The notes under the pieces are model-generated. The model ran no database searches. It saw nothing but the letters and a program-made list of their open reading frames with translations, and was not told the DNA's origin. The translations under genes were made by a program, and so were the position numbers. Below are positions 49,962-58,538 of a stretch of 64,000 bases of DNA, piece after piece (positions within the stretch are counted from its first letter, which is position 1; each line of letters begins with the position of its first letter). The DNA comes from an uncultured virus (IMG/VR IMGVR_UViG_3300015610_000939). Lineage: Duplodnaviria > Heunggongvirae > Uroviricota > Caudoviricetes. Location of the stretch: the IMG/VR virus record IMGVR_UViG_3300015610_000939. The stretch is one strand, 5' to 3'.

Positions 49962-50059
49962 ACAAAGGGTGTTGACGACAAGAGGGGGTTGGTTAAATGG
50001 TGGGTGTGGCAGCAACGACCAACTGAGAGCTAAGAAGGAAACGCCGTCCCAATGCCTGT

Positions 50060-50317
50060 CTAGAAGGCCAAAGTGCCTGAACTCATCACCCGGAACTTTG
50101 TAGAAACCCACCCGCAAAGCCCAATGGAGTAGAAGCCTTGCCTGTCTAAATGGAATGTCCAGCGTTGCTTCGGGCGCTGGTTCTCCTGAAAACAGAAGCT
50201 CTGACACCACCCTTTATGGGACCAAGTGGTGTTGAAGTAAATGATCCCACTTGGATCGACCAACTCGGTCTCGCCTAAAGGTCCAGGAAAGTCTAATTCT
50301 CGCAAGGGGTCGAGCAT
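50060..50317 (-). CDS. Hypothetical protein
   Basis: Only plausible ORF in the gap. Confidence 0.35.
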   Translation of the reverse strand: MLDPLRELDFPGPLGETELVDPSGIIYFNTTWSHKGWCQSFCFQENQRPKQRWTFHLDRQGFYSIGLCGWVSTKFRVMSSGTLAF

Positions 50318-50408
50318 GGACAGATTCAATCAGCGCCAACCCCATTCGCCTTTGTTGGCACGATATCCGAGTTCGATTCTTGGAAAGGCGACCACAAGAA
50401 AGAGTACC

Positions 50409-50723
50409 ATGGCCGAACAGACCAATCAACCGAAGCCTTCCATCTTCCGACGAGCTCTTTGCGCTTGTGGATTTCACTCCTGGGAGGATGTGGAGCCCAA
50501 CATCTGCTGCTCGGAGGACTTCTTTGGAATCTACGATCCTGAGTTCTATTGGCGGAAGTGCAAGCACTGCGGTCTTGAGGAAGACTTGCGTTGCGACGTA
50601 TGCAAGAAAGATGGCACCGTGGAGTGCAACAGACGTTATCGGGAAAAGTTGATCAAGTACCGGCGCAAAGATAAGACCGTCCACTGTTGCAGCTCTTGCA
50701 AGTGTCAAGACTCTGAGTTATGA
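50409..50723 (+). CDS. Cys-rich small protein
   Basis: LCACGFHSW, CKHCG, CDVC, CSSC. Confidence 0.55.
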   Translation: MAEQTNQPKPSIFRRALCACGFHSWEDVEPNICCSEDFFGIYDPEFYWRKCKHCGLEEDLRCDVCKKDGTVECNRRYREKLIKYRRKDKTVHCCSSCKCQDSEL

Positions 50724-50774
50724 GAACTCCTCTCATAGTGGAGGATAACCAAGAAGAGAGAAGAAGGGGGCCTT

Positions 50775-51008
50775 ATGAATACTAGAGTCAGCCAACTCCC
50801 CAGGTTCAAGATTCAGTTCACAAGGGACACCGAGGTGAAGTTCGCCGATCCACGTACCGGACGAGAGCTCTGGTACGGAAGTGACTATGGCAGAGGCTCC
50901 ACCTTGGAGGTTGTTGACTTCATCTCGGGCGGGAAGAGTGAAATCAAGGTACTCCTCACCGATGGTGAGCACGGCATTCTTGAGACGGATGCCGTCAAGG
51001 TGCTGTGA
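50775..51008 (+). CDS. Hypothetical protein
   Basis: Purine-rich SD; part of a coupled run of small genes. Confidence 0.55.
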   Translation: MNTRVSQLPRFKIQFTRDTEVKFADPRTGRELWYGSDYGRGSTLEVVDFISGGKSEIKVLLTDGEHGILETDAVKVL

Positions 51009-51340
51009 TGTTTTTCACTGTTATGCCCGAAGATAAGTTGCCAAAGTTCACTCAGGGGCTTCTTGCAGCCAGACGCAAGACCTTGATCGGGAAGAACATC
51101 ATTTTGGGATGCCAACATTTCGGCTATTTCATCCAGAGCAACCAGCGAAACTTTGGCTGGTCCGAAGGGCTAGACTTTAAGTCTCTGGATACCCTTTTCG
51201 TGGTTGATGTTGTTCTCTCGACGGTTACCAATTCTGAATTTTCTCAATCCAATGGCACAGTTTCGCTGGTTTGCTTGACCCAAGAGCGCTTGGTAATCCT
51301 CCGTGAACCGGTTTACGAAGTCCTGGGGGATGGGGAGTAG
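51005..51340 (+). CDS. Hypothetical protein
   Basis: Coupled ORF. Confidence 0.5.
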   Translation: MMFFTVMPEDKLPKFTQGLLAARRKTLIGKNIILGCQHFGYFIQSNQRNFGWSEGLDFKSLDTLFVVDVVLSTVTNSEFSQSNGTVSLVCLTQERLVILREPVYEVLGDGE

Positions 51341-51343
51341 ACC

Positions 51344-51664
51344 ATGCCAAGGTTGTATCGTCCTGTTTCCGACGAATACTTGAGCGGACAGCAGCGCTTT
51401 ATTGTAAGCAGGGAGAGAGCTGACTACAAAGGGCGGCTAATCAAGTTCCTTGGGCGGGTTAACGGTGTGAGACTCAACTCCACCGCCACTGACCTTCTTG
51501 ACGTAGAAACGATTCCTTCCCGCGAACCGGTCTATGTCGTCGATGTTTGCTACCTCTACGTTTGGAGGCTTGCAGCAAGGAAACTCTTCTTAGTTTGTCT
51601 GTACAATGAAGGGCTCTTCTACGTCTCAGCGGACGAGATGGAGTACGCGCCCTATACCGAGTGA
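51344..51664 (+). CDS. Hypothetical protein
   Basis: GGAG SD. Confidence 0.5.
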   Translation: MPRLYRPVSDEYLSGQQRFIVSRERADYKGRLIKFLGRVNGVRLNSTATDLLDVETIPSREPVYVVDVCYLYVWRLAARKLFLVCLYNEGLFYVSADEMEYAPYTE

Positions 51665-51718
51665 ATTCCCCCTTGCCAGTTTCCCTGGCGAGCATTACCC
51701 TTCCTTCGGAGATTTCAA

Positions 51719-51979
51719 ATGGCAGCTACAAAAGTCGCAACCACCACCACCGTCGAGTATCAGTTCACCTTGCCCATGACCATCAAGGACCTTCGGGAAT
51801 TCATCAACGAAGTACACAACTTCTCCGACAATGCGAAGGTTGAATTCAAGGTCTACGAACCCGACTACAACGACCGAGTTGTCACTGAGCGAAACTCGGT
51901 CAAGATCACCCTGACCCAAAATGGACCGCTCTCGAACTTGCCAAGGATTACCGTTGGACACGGCGATTTTGAGAAGTGA
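51719..51979 (+). CDS. Hypothetical protein
   Basis: GGAGA SD; phage-like codon usage. Confidence 0.55.
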   Translation: MAATKVATTTTVEYQFTLPMTIKDLREFINEVHNFSDNAKVEFKVYEPDYNDRVVTERNSVKITLTQNGPLSNLPRITVGHGDFEK

Positions 51980-52019
51980 AGCTTGACTTCCTCCCAGGGG
52001 TTCTTATCATCCTGGGGCC

Positions 52020-52463
52020 ATGCAAAGAAATAGCACAGAGAGCGACTCTCCCAGGGTCTACATCGAGTACACCAGCTCTACCACTGGTGGAGAGCGGCTA
52101 AACCCCGAGGAGCGTTGGTCTGATCGAGCGGACCAGACCACAACCTTGAGTGTGCAGAGGCTCTATGCTTTCGAGCCAAAGCATCTCTTCTTCAAGGACT
52201 CCGTTGAGGTTGATCCTTCCGTGCTGGAGTGCTCGGAGGTTTACTTGGTGGTTGTTCGCTACCAAACGGGTGATACCTTTGGAAGGTCCCTGGGCAACTT
52301 CCACTTCTACTCTGTGAGGAAGACAGAACAAGAAGCAATCGAGGACTGTCGAGCCTGTGAGGCCCCTGTCAAGAAGGGCGACTATGGGAGCTACCGTCCG
52401 TGGGATGGTTACTTCGAACGCCTTGAGTTCGTTGAGATCATGAAGATGCCGCTTCATCGTTGA
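52020..52463 (+). CDS. Conserved-looking phage hypothetical protein
   Basis: VVVRYQTGDTFG, PWDGYFERL; TTGACT-16-TATCAT promoter-like sequence. Confidence 0.65.
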   Translation: MQRNSTESDSPRVYIEYTSSTTGGERLNPEERWSDRADQTTTLSVQRLYAFEPKHLFFKDSVEVDPSVLECSEVYLVVVRYQTGDTFGRSLGNFHFYSVRKTEQEAIEDCRACEAPVKKGDYGSYRPWDGYFERLEFVEIMKMPLHR

Positions 52464-52484
52464 ATTCCGGCAAAAAGAGGAAAT

Positions 52485-53549
52485 ATGAGCGACTGGCTTG
52501 TTCACTTGGTTCAAATTGGCGGATTTGGGAAACATCCAAACGCCGATACCCTTTCCATCACCCAGGTCTATGGGCAGAACGTCATCTTCCGTACGGGGAC
52601 GTACGAGAAGGGTGACTTGGCGGTGTTCTTGCCGCCTGACACTGTTCTCCCAACGGACCCTGAGCACCCCATTCTCAAGGACAACCCAGGATTGAAGCCC
52701 GGCCGACGGATCGACGCTGTTCGTCTTCGTGGAATCTTCTCGAATGGATTGCTTGTCCCTGCAAAGATCCTCTTCACCGAGGAGGAACTTGCCTCGATCC
52801 CCGTTGGCACACATGTTGCCGAACGACTTGGATTGACCAAGTACGAGGACCAAGGTGACAGGCTTGCCACGACAGGTGAGAATGAGCGTGATCCCGGCTT
52901 CATGCCGGTTTACACCGACATTGATGGTTGGGCCAAGTACCGAAATGCTGGGCTCATCAACGAGGGTGACGAGGTTGTCATCCTGGAGAAGATCCATGGT
53001 GCTAATGGACGTTTTTGTTACCGCGATGGTCGCCTTTGGGTTGGCTCTCGTACTTGTGTCAAGGCCGAGTATGTCGACCAGGATGGCGTAGAGAGGAATC
53101 TCTGGTGGCAGGTCGCCAAGAATCTTGGAATGGAGGAGAGGTTCAAGCGACTCCTTTCCGGGGCTTTCAAATTCAACGACATCAACCTCGAAGGAACCGT
53201 GATCTACGGCGAAGTCTACGGTCAAGTCCAGGATCTTCGCTATGGAGTTGACAAGGGGGCTACCTTCCGGGTGTTTGACTCCTGGAACCCTTCCCTGGGC
53301 CGCTACAACGACTGGAATGTCACGGAAGCCATTGCCTTGGCAATGGGCTTGGACGTTGTTCCCGAGCTCTACAGAGGTCCCTGGGAGCCTTCTCTTGAGT
53401 CTCTGAGGAACGGACCTTCTGTACTCTATCCGGGTCACACCCGAGAGGGTTATGTGATCAAGCCTCTCCAAGAGAGGTGGAATCCCAAGACTCAGAGGAC
53501 CATCTTCAAATTTGTGGGCGAAGACTACAAGACAAGGAAGAGGAAGTGA
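52485..53549 (+). CDS. RNA ligase (DRB0094-like, N-terminal OB domain)
   Basis: HPNADTL; motif I EKIHG; YGEVYG; FRVFD; REGYVIKP; IFK. Confidence 0.9.
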   Translation: MSDWLVHLVQIGGFGKHPNADTLSITQVYGQNVIFRTGTYEKGDLAVFLPPDTVLPTDPEHPILKDNPGLKPGRRIDAVRLRGIFSNGLLVPAKILFTEEELASIPVGTHVAERLGLTKYEDQGDRLATTGENERDPGFMPVYTDIDGWAKYRNAGLINEGDEVVILEKIHGANGRFCYRDGRLWVGSRTCVKAEYVDQDGVERNLWWQVAKNLGMEERFKRLLSGAFKFNDINLEGTVIYGEVYGQVQDLRYGVDKGATFRVFDSWNPSLGRYNDWNVTEAIALAMGLDVVPELYRGPWEPSLESLRNGPSVLYPGHTREGYVIKPLQERWNPKTQRTIFKFVGEDYKTRKRK

Positions 53550-53556
53550 AGGCACG

Positions 53557-53871
53557 ATGATTCCACTTTCCTACAAGAAAACAAAACCAGTTTCCGAGGG
53601 CGGAACCGCTCAGATTGTGTCTCCTCTTGCTGCCATTGCCCTTGGAGTTCCATGGGGAACTCTTGTGTTTGTGACAGAACTGGAGCGTGAGTTTGCTAAG
53701 GCCATAGTGGTAGTTGGCGAAAACATCCGATCCACGCACATCACCAACCTTACTGGTGTCGAGAACGACGAGGATATTTTCACCACCAAATCAGAGTGGG
53801 ATAATACTGCCGAGTGCATTTCCATTGCACGGTATGCCGCTGCTTGTTCGGCAATCGAGGCTCTAGAGTGA
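53557..53871 (+). CDS. Hypothetical protein
   Basis: ORF after the ligase. Confidence 0.45.
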   Translation: MIPLSYKKTKPVSEGGTAQIVSPLAAIALGVPWGTLVFVTELEREFAKAIVVVGENIRSTHITNLTGVENDEDIFTTKSEWDNTAECISIARYAAACSAIEALE

Positions 53872-53881
53872 GCGAGAACAA

Positions 53882-54145
53882 ATGGTTTCTGGCATCCTAG
53901 ACTCAGGAACCATGAATACCATTACCCTTCGTCTTGCAAGAGACTTCTACTACCGCAAGCTCACAGAGCTCAACCCGTATTTCATTGCCACACCAGCAAA
54001 ACTGGAAGTGATGAACAGACAAGCTGAAATGATCAGGCAGCAGCAACTCAAAACGGAAACCAACCCCGTTTGGAGGATTCCTGTCCGTATTGAACCGGAT
54101 GGAACCTCCGCAACCCGGTTTGATATCATCTTCCTGGGGGAGTAA
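53882..54145 (+). CDS. Hypothetical protein
   Basis: ORF in the early cluster; start may be 53912. Confidence 0.5.
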   Translation: MVSGILDSGTMNTITLRLARDFYYRKLTELNPYFIATPAKLEVMNRQAEMIRQQQLKTETNPVWRIPVRIEPDGTSATRFDIIFLGE

Positions 54146-54148
54146 CCT

Positions 54149-54319
54149 GTGACAGAAGATGAAATTTACAAGGAAATTGAACGTCGCAAGCAAATTAGGC
54201 AAGCTGAGTTGCTGCGCACTCGAAGTGATGCCAAAACAACGTTTGCGTTGATCGTCATGGTCCTTGGTCTTGTTGGGGTTACTATTGGCGGCGTTTTGGC
54301 GACGATGGAAAGGTGGTGA
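54149..54319 (+). CDS. Small membrane protein (56 aa)
   Basis: GTG start after GGGGAG; C-terminal TM segment FALIVMVLGLVGVTIGGVLA. Confidence 0.55.
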   Translation: MTEDEIYKEIERRKQIRQAELLRTRSDAKTTFALIVMVLGLVGVTIGGVLATMERW

Positions 54320-54326
54320 ATGACTC

Positions 54327-54878
54327 ATGGCTATCAAATTCGTAACTCTCAGGATGGGTTATGGAGCCGAAACCCTTTTGGGTCACTTGGTTCTGACCTC
54401 TGATACCTTGCACGAAACTCCGCAGGATGCGATCAGGAGCTTGGCGAATGCTTTCTTGAAGAAGTTCTTCCAGGAGGTGTACCACCTGAACTCTTGTTGC
54501 AAAAAAATGAAAAAGAAGCATGCTTACTGCCCTGGCTGCGGAGCATACCTTCAAAAACGAGCTCCAAGTCTCGACGAATTCACCTCTTGGCTGTGTTCGG
54601 TAAGCAAGAAGATTGCTGACAGCTACGAAGTTGACCTTGAGGGTTGGAGTCCTTGGGAGCCCATTTCCACTCTCTTGAGTGCGAATAGGGAAGAAGTGCT
54701 CTGCATTGACTTCTACGGGGATTCACTCCTTGCTGCTGCTGTGGACATCTCGAAGATAGACCACCCTATCGCCAAGGAGATGGCTGAAACTGACAGTGAG
54801 TGGGACTACGGTATCTCCAATGTGTACATCCCGGACGAGTACCGTTCTCTTGTTCCTGGGTACACGTATAATGCTTGA
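54327..54878 (+). CDS. Hypothetical Zn-ribbon protein
   Basis: SCC..YCPGCG. Confidence 0.55.
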   Translation: MAIKFVTLRMGYGAETLLGHLVLTSDTLHETPQDAIRSLANAFLKKFFQEVYHLNSCCKKMKKKHAYCPGCGAYLQKRAPSLDEFTSWLCSVSKKIADSYEVDLEGWSPWEPISTLLSANREEVLCIDFYGDSLLAAAVDISKIDHPIAKEMAETDSEWDYGISNVYIPDEYRSLVPGYTYNA

Positions 54879-55000
54879 CAGAGCTTTCTCTGTGCGTACC
54901 TTGGCTGCATGAGCGAAGAGTACACCACGAAGACCTGGAATATCGAGTACAACCATGCCGGTGACTTCCGGGTGATTGGACCTCGTTGAAAGAGCAAAAG

Positions 55001-55120
55001 ATGAAGAACTACATCCGTTTCGTTGGGTTTTGCGGAATCCTTGGAATCTACACCACAATTGCCTTGATCGGAGCTGCTGCTGCGATCGTAGAGGACAAGG
55101 TGAAGAAGGCGGTCGGCTGA
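55001..55120 (+). CDS. Small membrane peptide (39 aa)
   Basis: MKNYIRFVGFCGILGIYTTIALIGAAAAIVEDK..; TGATG-coupled to the next ORF. Confidence 0.5.
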   Translation: MKNYIRFVGFCGILGIYTTIALIGAAAAIVEDKVKKAVG

Positions 55121-55233
55121 TGGGAAGGATCTTCTTTCTTGCAGCCTTTGCTGCTATTTTCTATGGCATTTACGGCCGTAGGAATGAACAAATTCCCCGT
55201 CCACAAACTACGGATCAACCCCTTGCCCGGTAA
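55120..55233 (+). CDS. Small membrane peptide (37 aa)
   Basis: MGRIFFLAAFAAIFYGIYGRR.. Confidence 0.5.
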   Translation: MGRIFFLAAFAAIFYGIYGRRNEQIPRPQTTDQPLAR

Positions 55234-55256
55234 ATGGGGATGATTATGGTGGAGAC

Positions 55257-55436
55257 ATGACAACCCACTACGAAGTTCTCAATGTCGACCGGCGTGCTCG
55301 GATCTTGCAGAGTTGGAGCTGCTTTTCACCCTTGGGTATCGTCACTTCCTCTTGTGCGACGACCTCTGCAAGAAGGGTTCCGCTCTTCACAGGGCCGTTG
55401 ACACTTTCGCCGCAATGTATCGGTAATGACACATAA
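55257..55436 (+). pseudogene. Possible J-domain gene remnant
   Basis: Starts MTTHYEVLNVDRRA, then loses similarity (no HPD); has its own promoter-like sequence. Confidence 0.4.
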
Positions 55437-55490
55437 GAGGTAAGCGGGACTTGAATTCATTGAACGGGGTGGTTAGTATGCTCCTCGACT

Positions 55491-57299
55491 ATGAGCAGAG
55501 CACCTAACCGCTTCGTTGGACTTCACTCCCACAGTACCTTTTCCACATACGATGCCATTGGGCGTCCACAGGACCACATCGACTTTGCCATCAAGAATGG
55601 CTCCGATGCCCTGGCCCTGACTGACCACGGCAACATGAATGGTTTCTCCCATCAGTACCTCCATGCAAAGAAGCTGGAGGCAAAGGGGGTTCCATTCAAA
55701 CCAATCTTTGGCGTTGAGGCTTACTTCGTTCCTTCTTTGGAGGACTGGAAGGAGCTTCACCGTTCCCAGCTTGCAGAGAATGCAGCCGCAAAGGCTGCAA
55801 AGGCAGCTTCAAAGAAGAAGAAGGGCGCTGCTATTGAAGAAATTGGCAATGAGCTCGCTTCCACAGAGGCCGAGCTGGAGGAGATTGCCGAGGCAAAGGG
55901 CGGGGAAGAAACCGAAGATGACTCCGGTGGAACGATCATTGAGAATGAGGAAGAATCCAAGCAAAAGGTCCGCAATCCTCTCTACCAACGAAACCACTTG
56001 GTTTTGCTGGCAAAGAACGACGATGGATTGAAGGCTCTCTTCAAGATGGTCTCCGATTCCGCTGCTGGCGGCTTCTACAGGTATCCCAGGATGGACCTGG
56101 AGATGATCCGCAAGTATGCCAAGGGCAACGTTGTTGGGTTGACCGCTTGTGTTGCTGGGTATCTTGCAAAGATCGTCTTCGACCACCAGGAAGAGGGTGA
56201 TTTCAAGCTTTGGAAGCCAAACAACAACAATTTCGAGCTCATCCAGCGCGATCTTGCTCAAGCGATCCGGGAATTCCAGGATGCACTTGGCCCTGAGAAC
56301 TACTACCTTGAGCTCCAGTTCAACAAGCTCGGAGCCCAGCACCTTGTCAACTACCACCTGATCGAGGCTTCCAAGCGCACTGGAGCCCCGTTGGTGGTCA
56401 CTTGTGATGCTCACTACTCTGACCCAAATCACTGGCGGGAGAGGGAGATTTACAAGATGATGGGGCGGCTTCAGTTCATGAAGCCCGAAGACCAGAGAGA
56501 CGAGCTCCCAGCCAGTGTGGACGAGCTCAAGTGTGAGCTCTACCCAAAGAACGCTGAGCAGATTTGGGCCAGCTACAAGCATTACACCGAGCAAACCAAT
56601 GCAATCGGCGAAACAATGGTCTGCAACGTAGACGGCAAACCCGTCTATGACGACAATCTGATCCGTGAAGCAATTGAACGCACTCACGACATTGCGCACC
56701 AGCAAATTGGGAAGATTGAGCCCGACAGAAGGGTGAAGCTCCCTGCAATTCAGCGACTCCTGAGTGATGAAAACGTCGAGGAATTCAAGAGCAAGTTGCC
56801 AGCCGAGGAAGCTGACAACGAGGACTCCATTGCCTTCCAAGCCGTGAAGCAATACGCCATTGAGGGGTTGAAGAACCGCAAGGTTGCCGGGAAACAGGCT
56901 TACATCGACCGGCTCAAATACGAGCTGGAAGTGATCAAGACCTTGAAGTTTGCCAAATACTTCCTCACCTACTACCACATCATGCGTGTCTGCGGGGAGC
57001 ACATGCTCCTCGGCAACGCTCGTGGCTGTTTCTTGCCAGGGACTAGAGTCAAGATGGCTGATGGAATGATGGCCCCGATTGAAACCATTCAGGTCGGTGA
57101 ACAGGTGGCAGATGCGTATGGTAAAGTGCAGACAGTGGAAAACACCTTGACTTATGACTGCAACGAGGAGGTTGTTGAGCTAGAGTTCAATGACGGCAAA
57201 GTGATTCGCTGCACCAAGGATCATAAGTTCCTCACAACCAATAGGGGCTGGGTACAGGCCAAGGATCTTACTGGAGAAGATGACGTAAAGGAAGTATGA
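55491..57299 (+). CDS. dnaE: DNA polymerase III alpha, N-terminal half + N-intein
   Basis: PHP motifs LHSHS, ALTDHG, GVEAY, HLVLLAKN, DAHY; RLKYEL; extein ends GNARG, then CFLPGT. Confidence 0.95.
   Translation: MSRAPNRFVGLHSHSTFSTYDAIGRPQDHIDFAIKNGSDALALTDHGNMNGFSHQYLHAKKLEAKGVPFKPIFGVEAYFVPSLEDWKELHRSQLAENAAAKAAKAASKKKKGAAIEEIGNELASTEAELEEIAEAKGGEETEDDSGGTIIENEEESKQKVRNPLYQRNHLVLLAKNDDGLKALFKMVSDSAAGGFYRYPRMDLEMIRKYAKGNVVGLTACVAGYLAKIVFDHQEEGDFKLWKPNNNNFELIQRDLAQAIREFQDALGPENYYLELQFNKLGAQHLVNYHLIEASKRTGAPLVVTCDAHYSDPNHWREREIYKMMGRLQFMKPEDQRDELPASVDELKCELYPKNAEQIWASYKHYTEQTNAIGETMVCNVDGKPVYDDNLIREAIERTHDIAHQQIGKIEPDRRVKLPAIQRLLSDENVEEFKSKLPAEEADNEDSIAFQAVKQYAIEGLKNRKVAGKQAYIDRLKYELEVIKTLKFAKYFLTYYHIMRVCGEHMLLGNARGCFLPGTRVKMADGMMAPIETIQVGEQVADAYGKVQTVENTLTYDCNEEVVELEFNDGKVIRCTKDHKFLTTNRGWVQAKDLTGEDDVKEV
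57027..57296 (+). mobile_element. Split intein N-fragment (90 aa)
   Basis: Block A CFLPGTRV; block B IRCTKDHKFLT..GW..A.DL; then stop. Confidence 0.95.
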
Positions 57300-57535
57300 A
57301 CATGAATGATAATATGCGCAATATAGGTAGTGGTAGCAGCGCTGGCTCGTCAATTCGCGCAGAAATTGAAAGTAAACGTATTGAACAGGAGCTTTTGTTG
57401 GATCTGCTGAAAGCACTACATGAACAGACCAAGCTATTGCAAGCAATTGCAAGTAACACTCGTTTCATTTGCGAAAAGCTGAATGAGAAAGCAAAGCAAA
57501 ACTCAACCACAAACGTTTCCAGTGACCATACATAG
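57296..57535 (+). CDS. Small coiled-coil hypothetical protein inside the fractured dnaE
   Basis: ATGA overlap with the dnaE-N stop; 79 aa. Confidence 0.5.
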   Translation: MNMNDNMRNIGSGSSAGSSIRAEIESKRIEQELLLDLLKALHEQTKLLQAIASNTRFICEKLNEKAKQNSTTNVSSDHT

Positions 57536-57538
57536 AGT

Positions 57539-58468
57539 ATGGCTGGAATCAAAGGTGCAAAACAAAAGAAGATACTCACGCCCGAGCAACTAGATGAGTT
57601 GAGGGAGTTCTCTATATTCACGGAGGATTCCCTATCGTCATTCTTGGGGAAGCATTCCATTTCATTTGATGCTTTCAAGCGTAGAGCTACCGCTTCTGGA
57701 CTAACTGTACCATTCGGGTACTCCTACGCCGAGTACCAGAATAGGCCCGAGCTACAGTCTCCGTTCAATAAGAACAACCTGCGGATAGATTGCCCTTGCG
57801 GGAAGGTCTATATCACGGTTCTGTTTGGATTTCACAAGCGAAAGCACAAGGCCCCGGTTTGTGACGACTGTTATCGGAAGACATACGCTTATGACGCCGA
57901 CTGGAAGGCGAACAACAGCAAGGCTCAGAAGGCAGCCCAAAACCGTCCAGAAACGCTTGCGAAGCAGGTGAAGGCACAGAAGCTACGTTACCAGCAACCG
58001 GGCCTCCTCGACCGTTATAGGGCGATTGGGAAGGGATTGTGGGAAGATCCTGAGTACCGAAAGAAGGTTGTAGCTAACTCAAGTATCTCTAAGGCTGGCA
58101 CATACCATGGCTTGAGCTATCAGAGCTCGATTGAGCTTGCGTTTATCCTATGGTGTGAGCAGAATGGTAAACACATTGAAAACTATTCTGGAGAAGGCAT
58201 TCCGTACCTCTGGAATGGCAAAGCACACCACTACTATCCTGATTTTCTAGTTGACGGCAACCTTGTGGTTGAAATCAAGGGCTCAGGCGGGATCTACGAG
58301 CGGGATTTTGATCAAAACCAAGCGAAGTTTGCTGCCCTTCGCGAGTGGTGCAAAATAAACGGTTTTGGTGTTAGAGTGGTATTCGACACGGATCTTGGCA
58401 ATCGAGCCGTAAAGGAAGCGAAAAAACTACATGGCATACTTGGTAAGAAAGACAACGGTTCCATATAG
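57539..58468 (+). CDS. Free-standing PD-(D/E)XK (TnsA-N-like) endonuclease between intein halves
   Basis: CPCG..CDDC; YQSSIEL..IPY..YYPDFLV...VEIKG. Confidence 0.8.
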   Translation: MAGIKGAKQKKILTPEQLDELREFSIFTEDSLSSFLGKHSISFDAFKRRATASGLTVPFGYSYAEYQNRPELQSPFNKNNLRIDCPCGKVYITVLFGFHKRKHKAPVCDDCYRKTYAYDADWKANNSKAQKAAQNRPETLAKQVKAQKLRYQQPGLLDRYRAIGKGLWEDPEYRKKVVANSSISKAGTYHGLSYQSSIELAFILWCEQNGKHIENYSGEGIPYLWNGKAHHYYPDFLVDGNLVVEIKGSGGIYERDFDQNQAKFAALREWCKINGFGVRVVFDTDLGNRAVKEAKKLHGILGKKDNGSI

Positions 58469-58538
58469 CGGAAAAGTACATGACCTTACTGTATCAGAGT
58501 CTCACACTTACAACGTAGAAGGTAAAGCAGTTCACAAC
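58431..58538 (+). mobile_element. Split intein C-fragment (36 aa)
   Basis: Block F VHDLTV..SHTY; block G AVHN/S. Confidence 0.95.

Noticed and set aside
57323..57356. IGSGSSAGSSI resembling the dnaE RGSAGGS insertion site
   Set aside because: Low-complexity Gly/Ser match, too weak to call a duplication.
57300..58430. Group I intron explaining the dnaE interruption
   Set aside because: Both halves carry complete intein blocks with their own stop and start codons; the intervening DNA is almost entirely coding and shows no obvious intron core.
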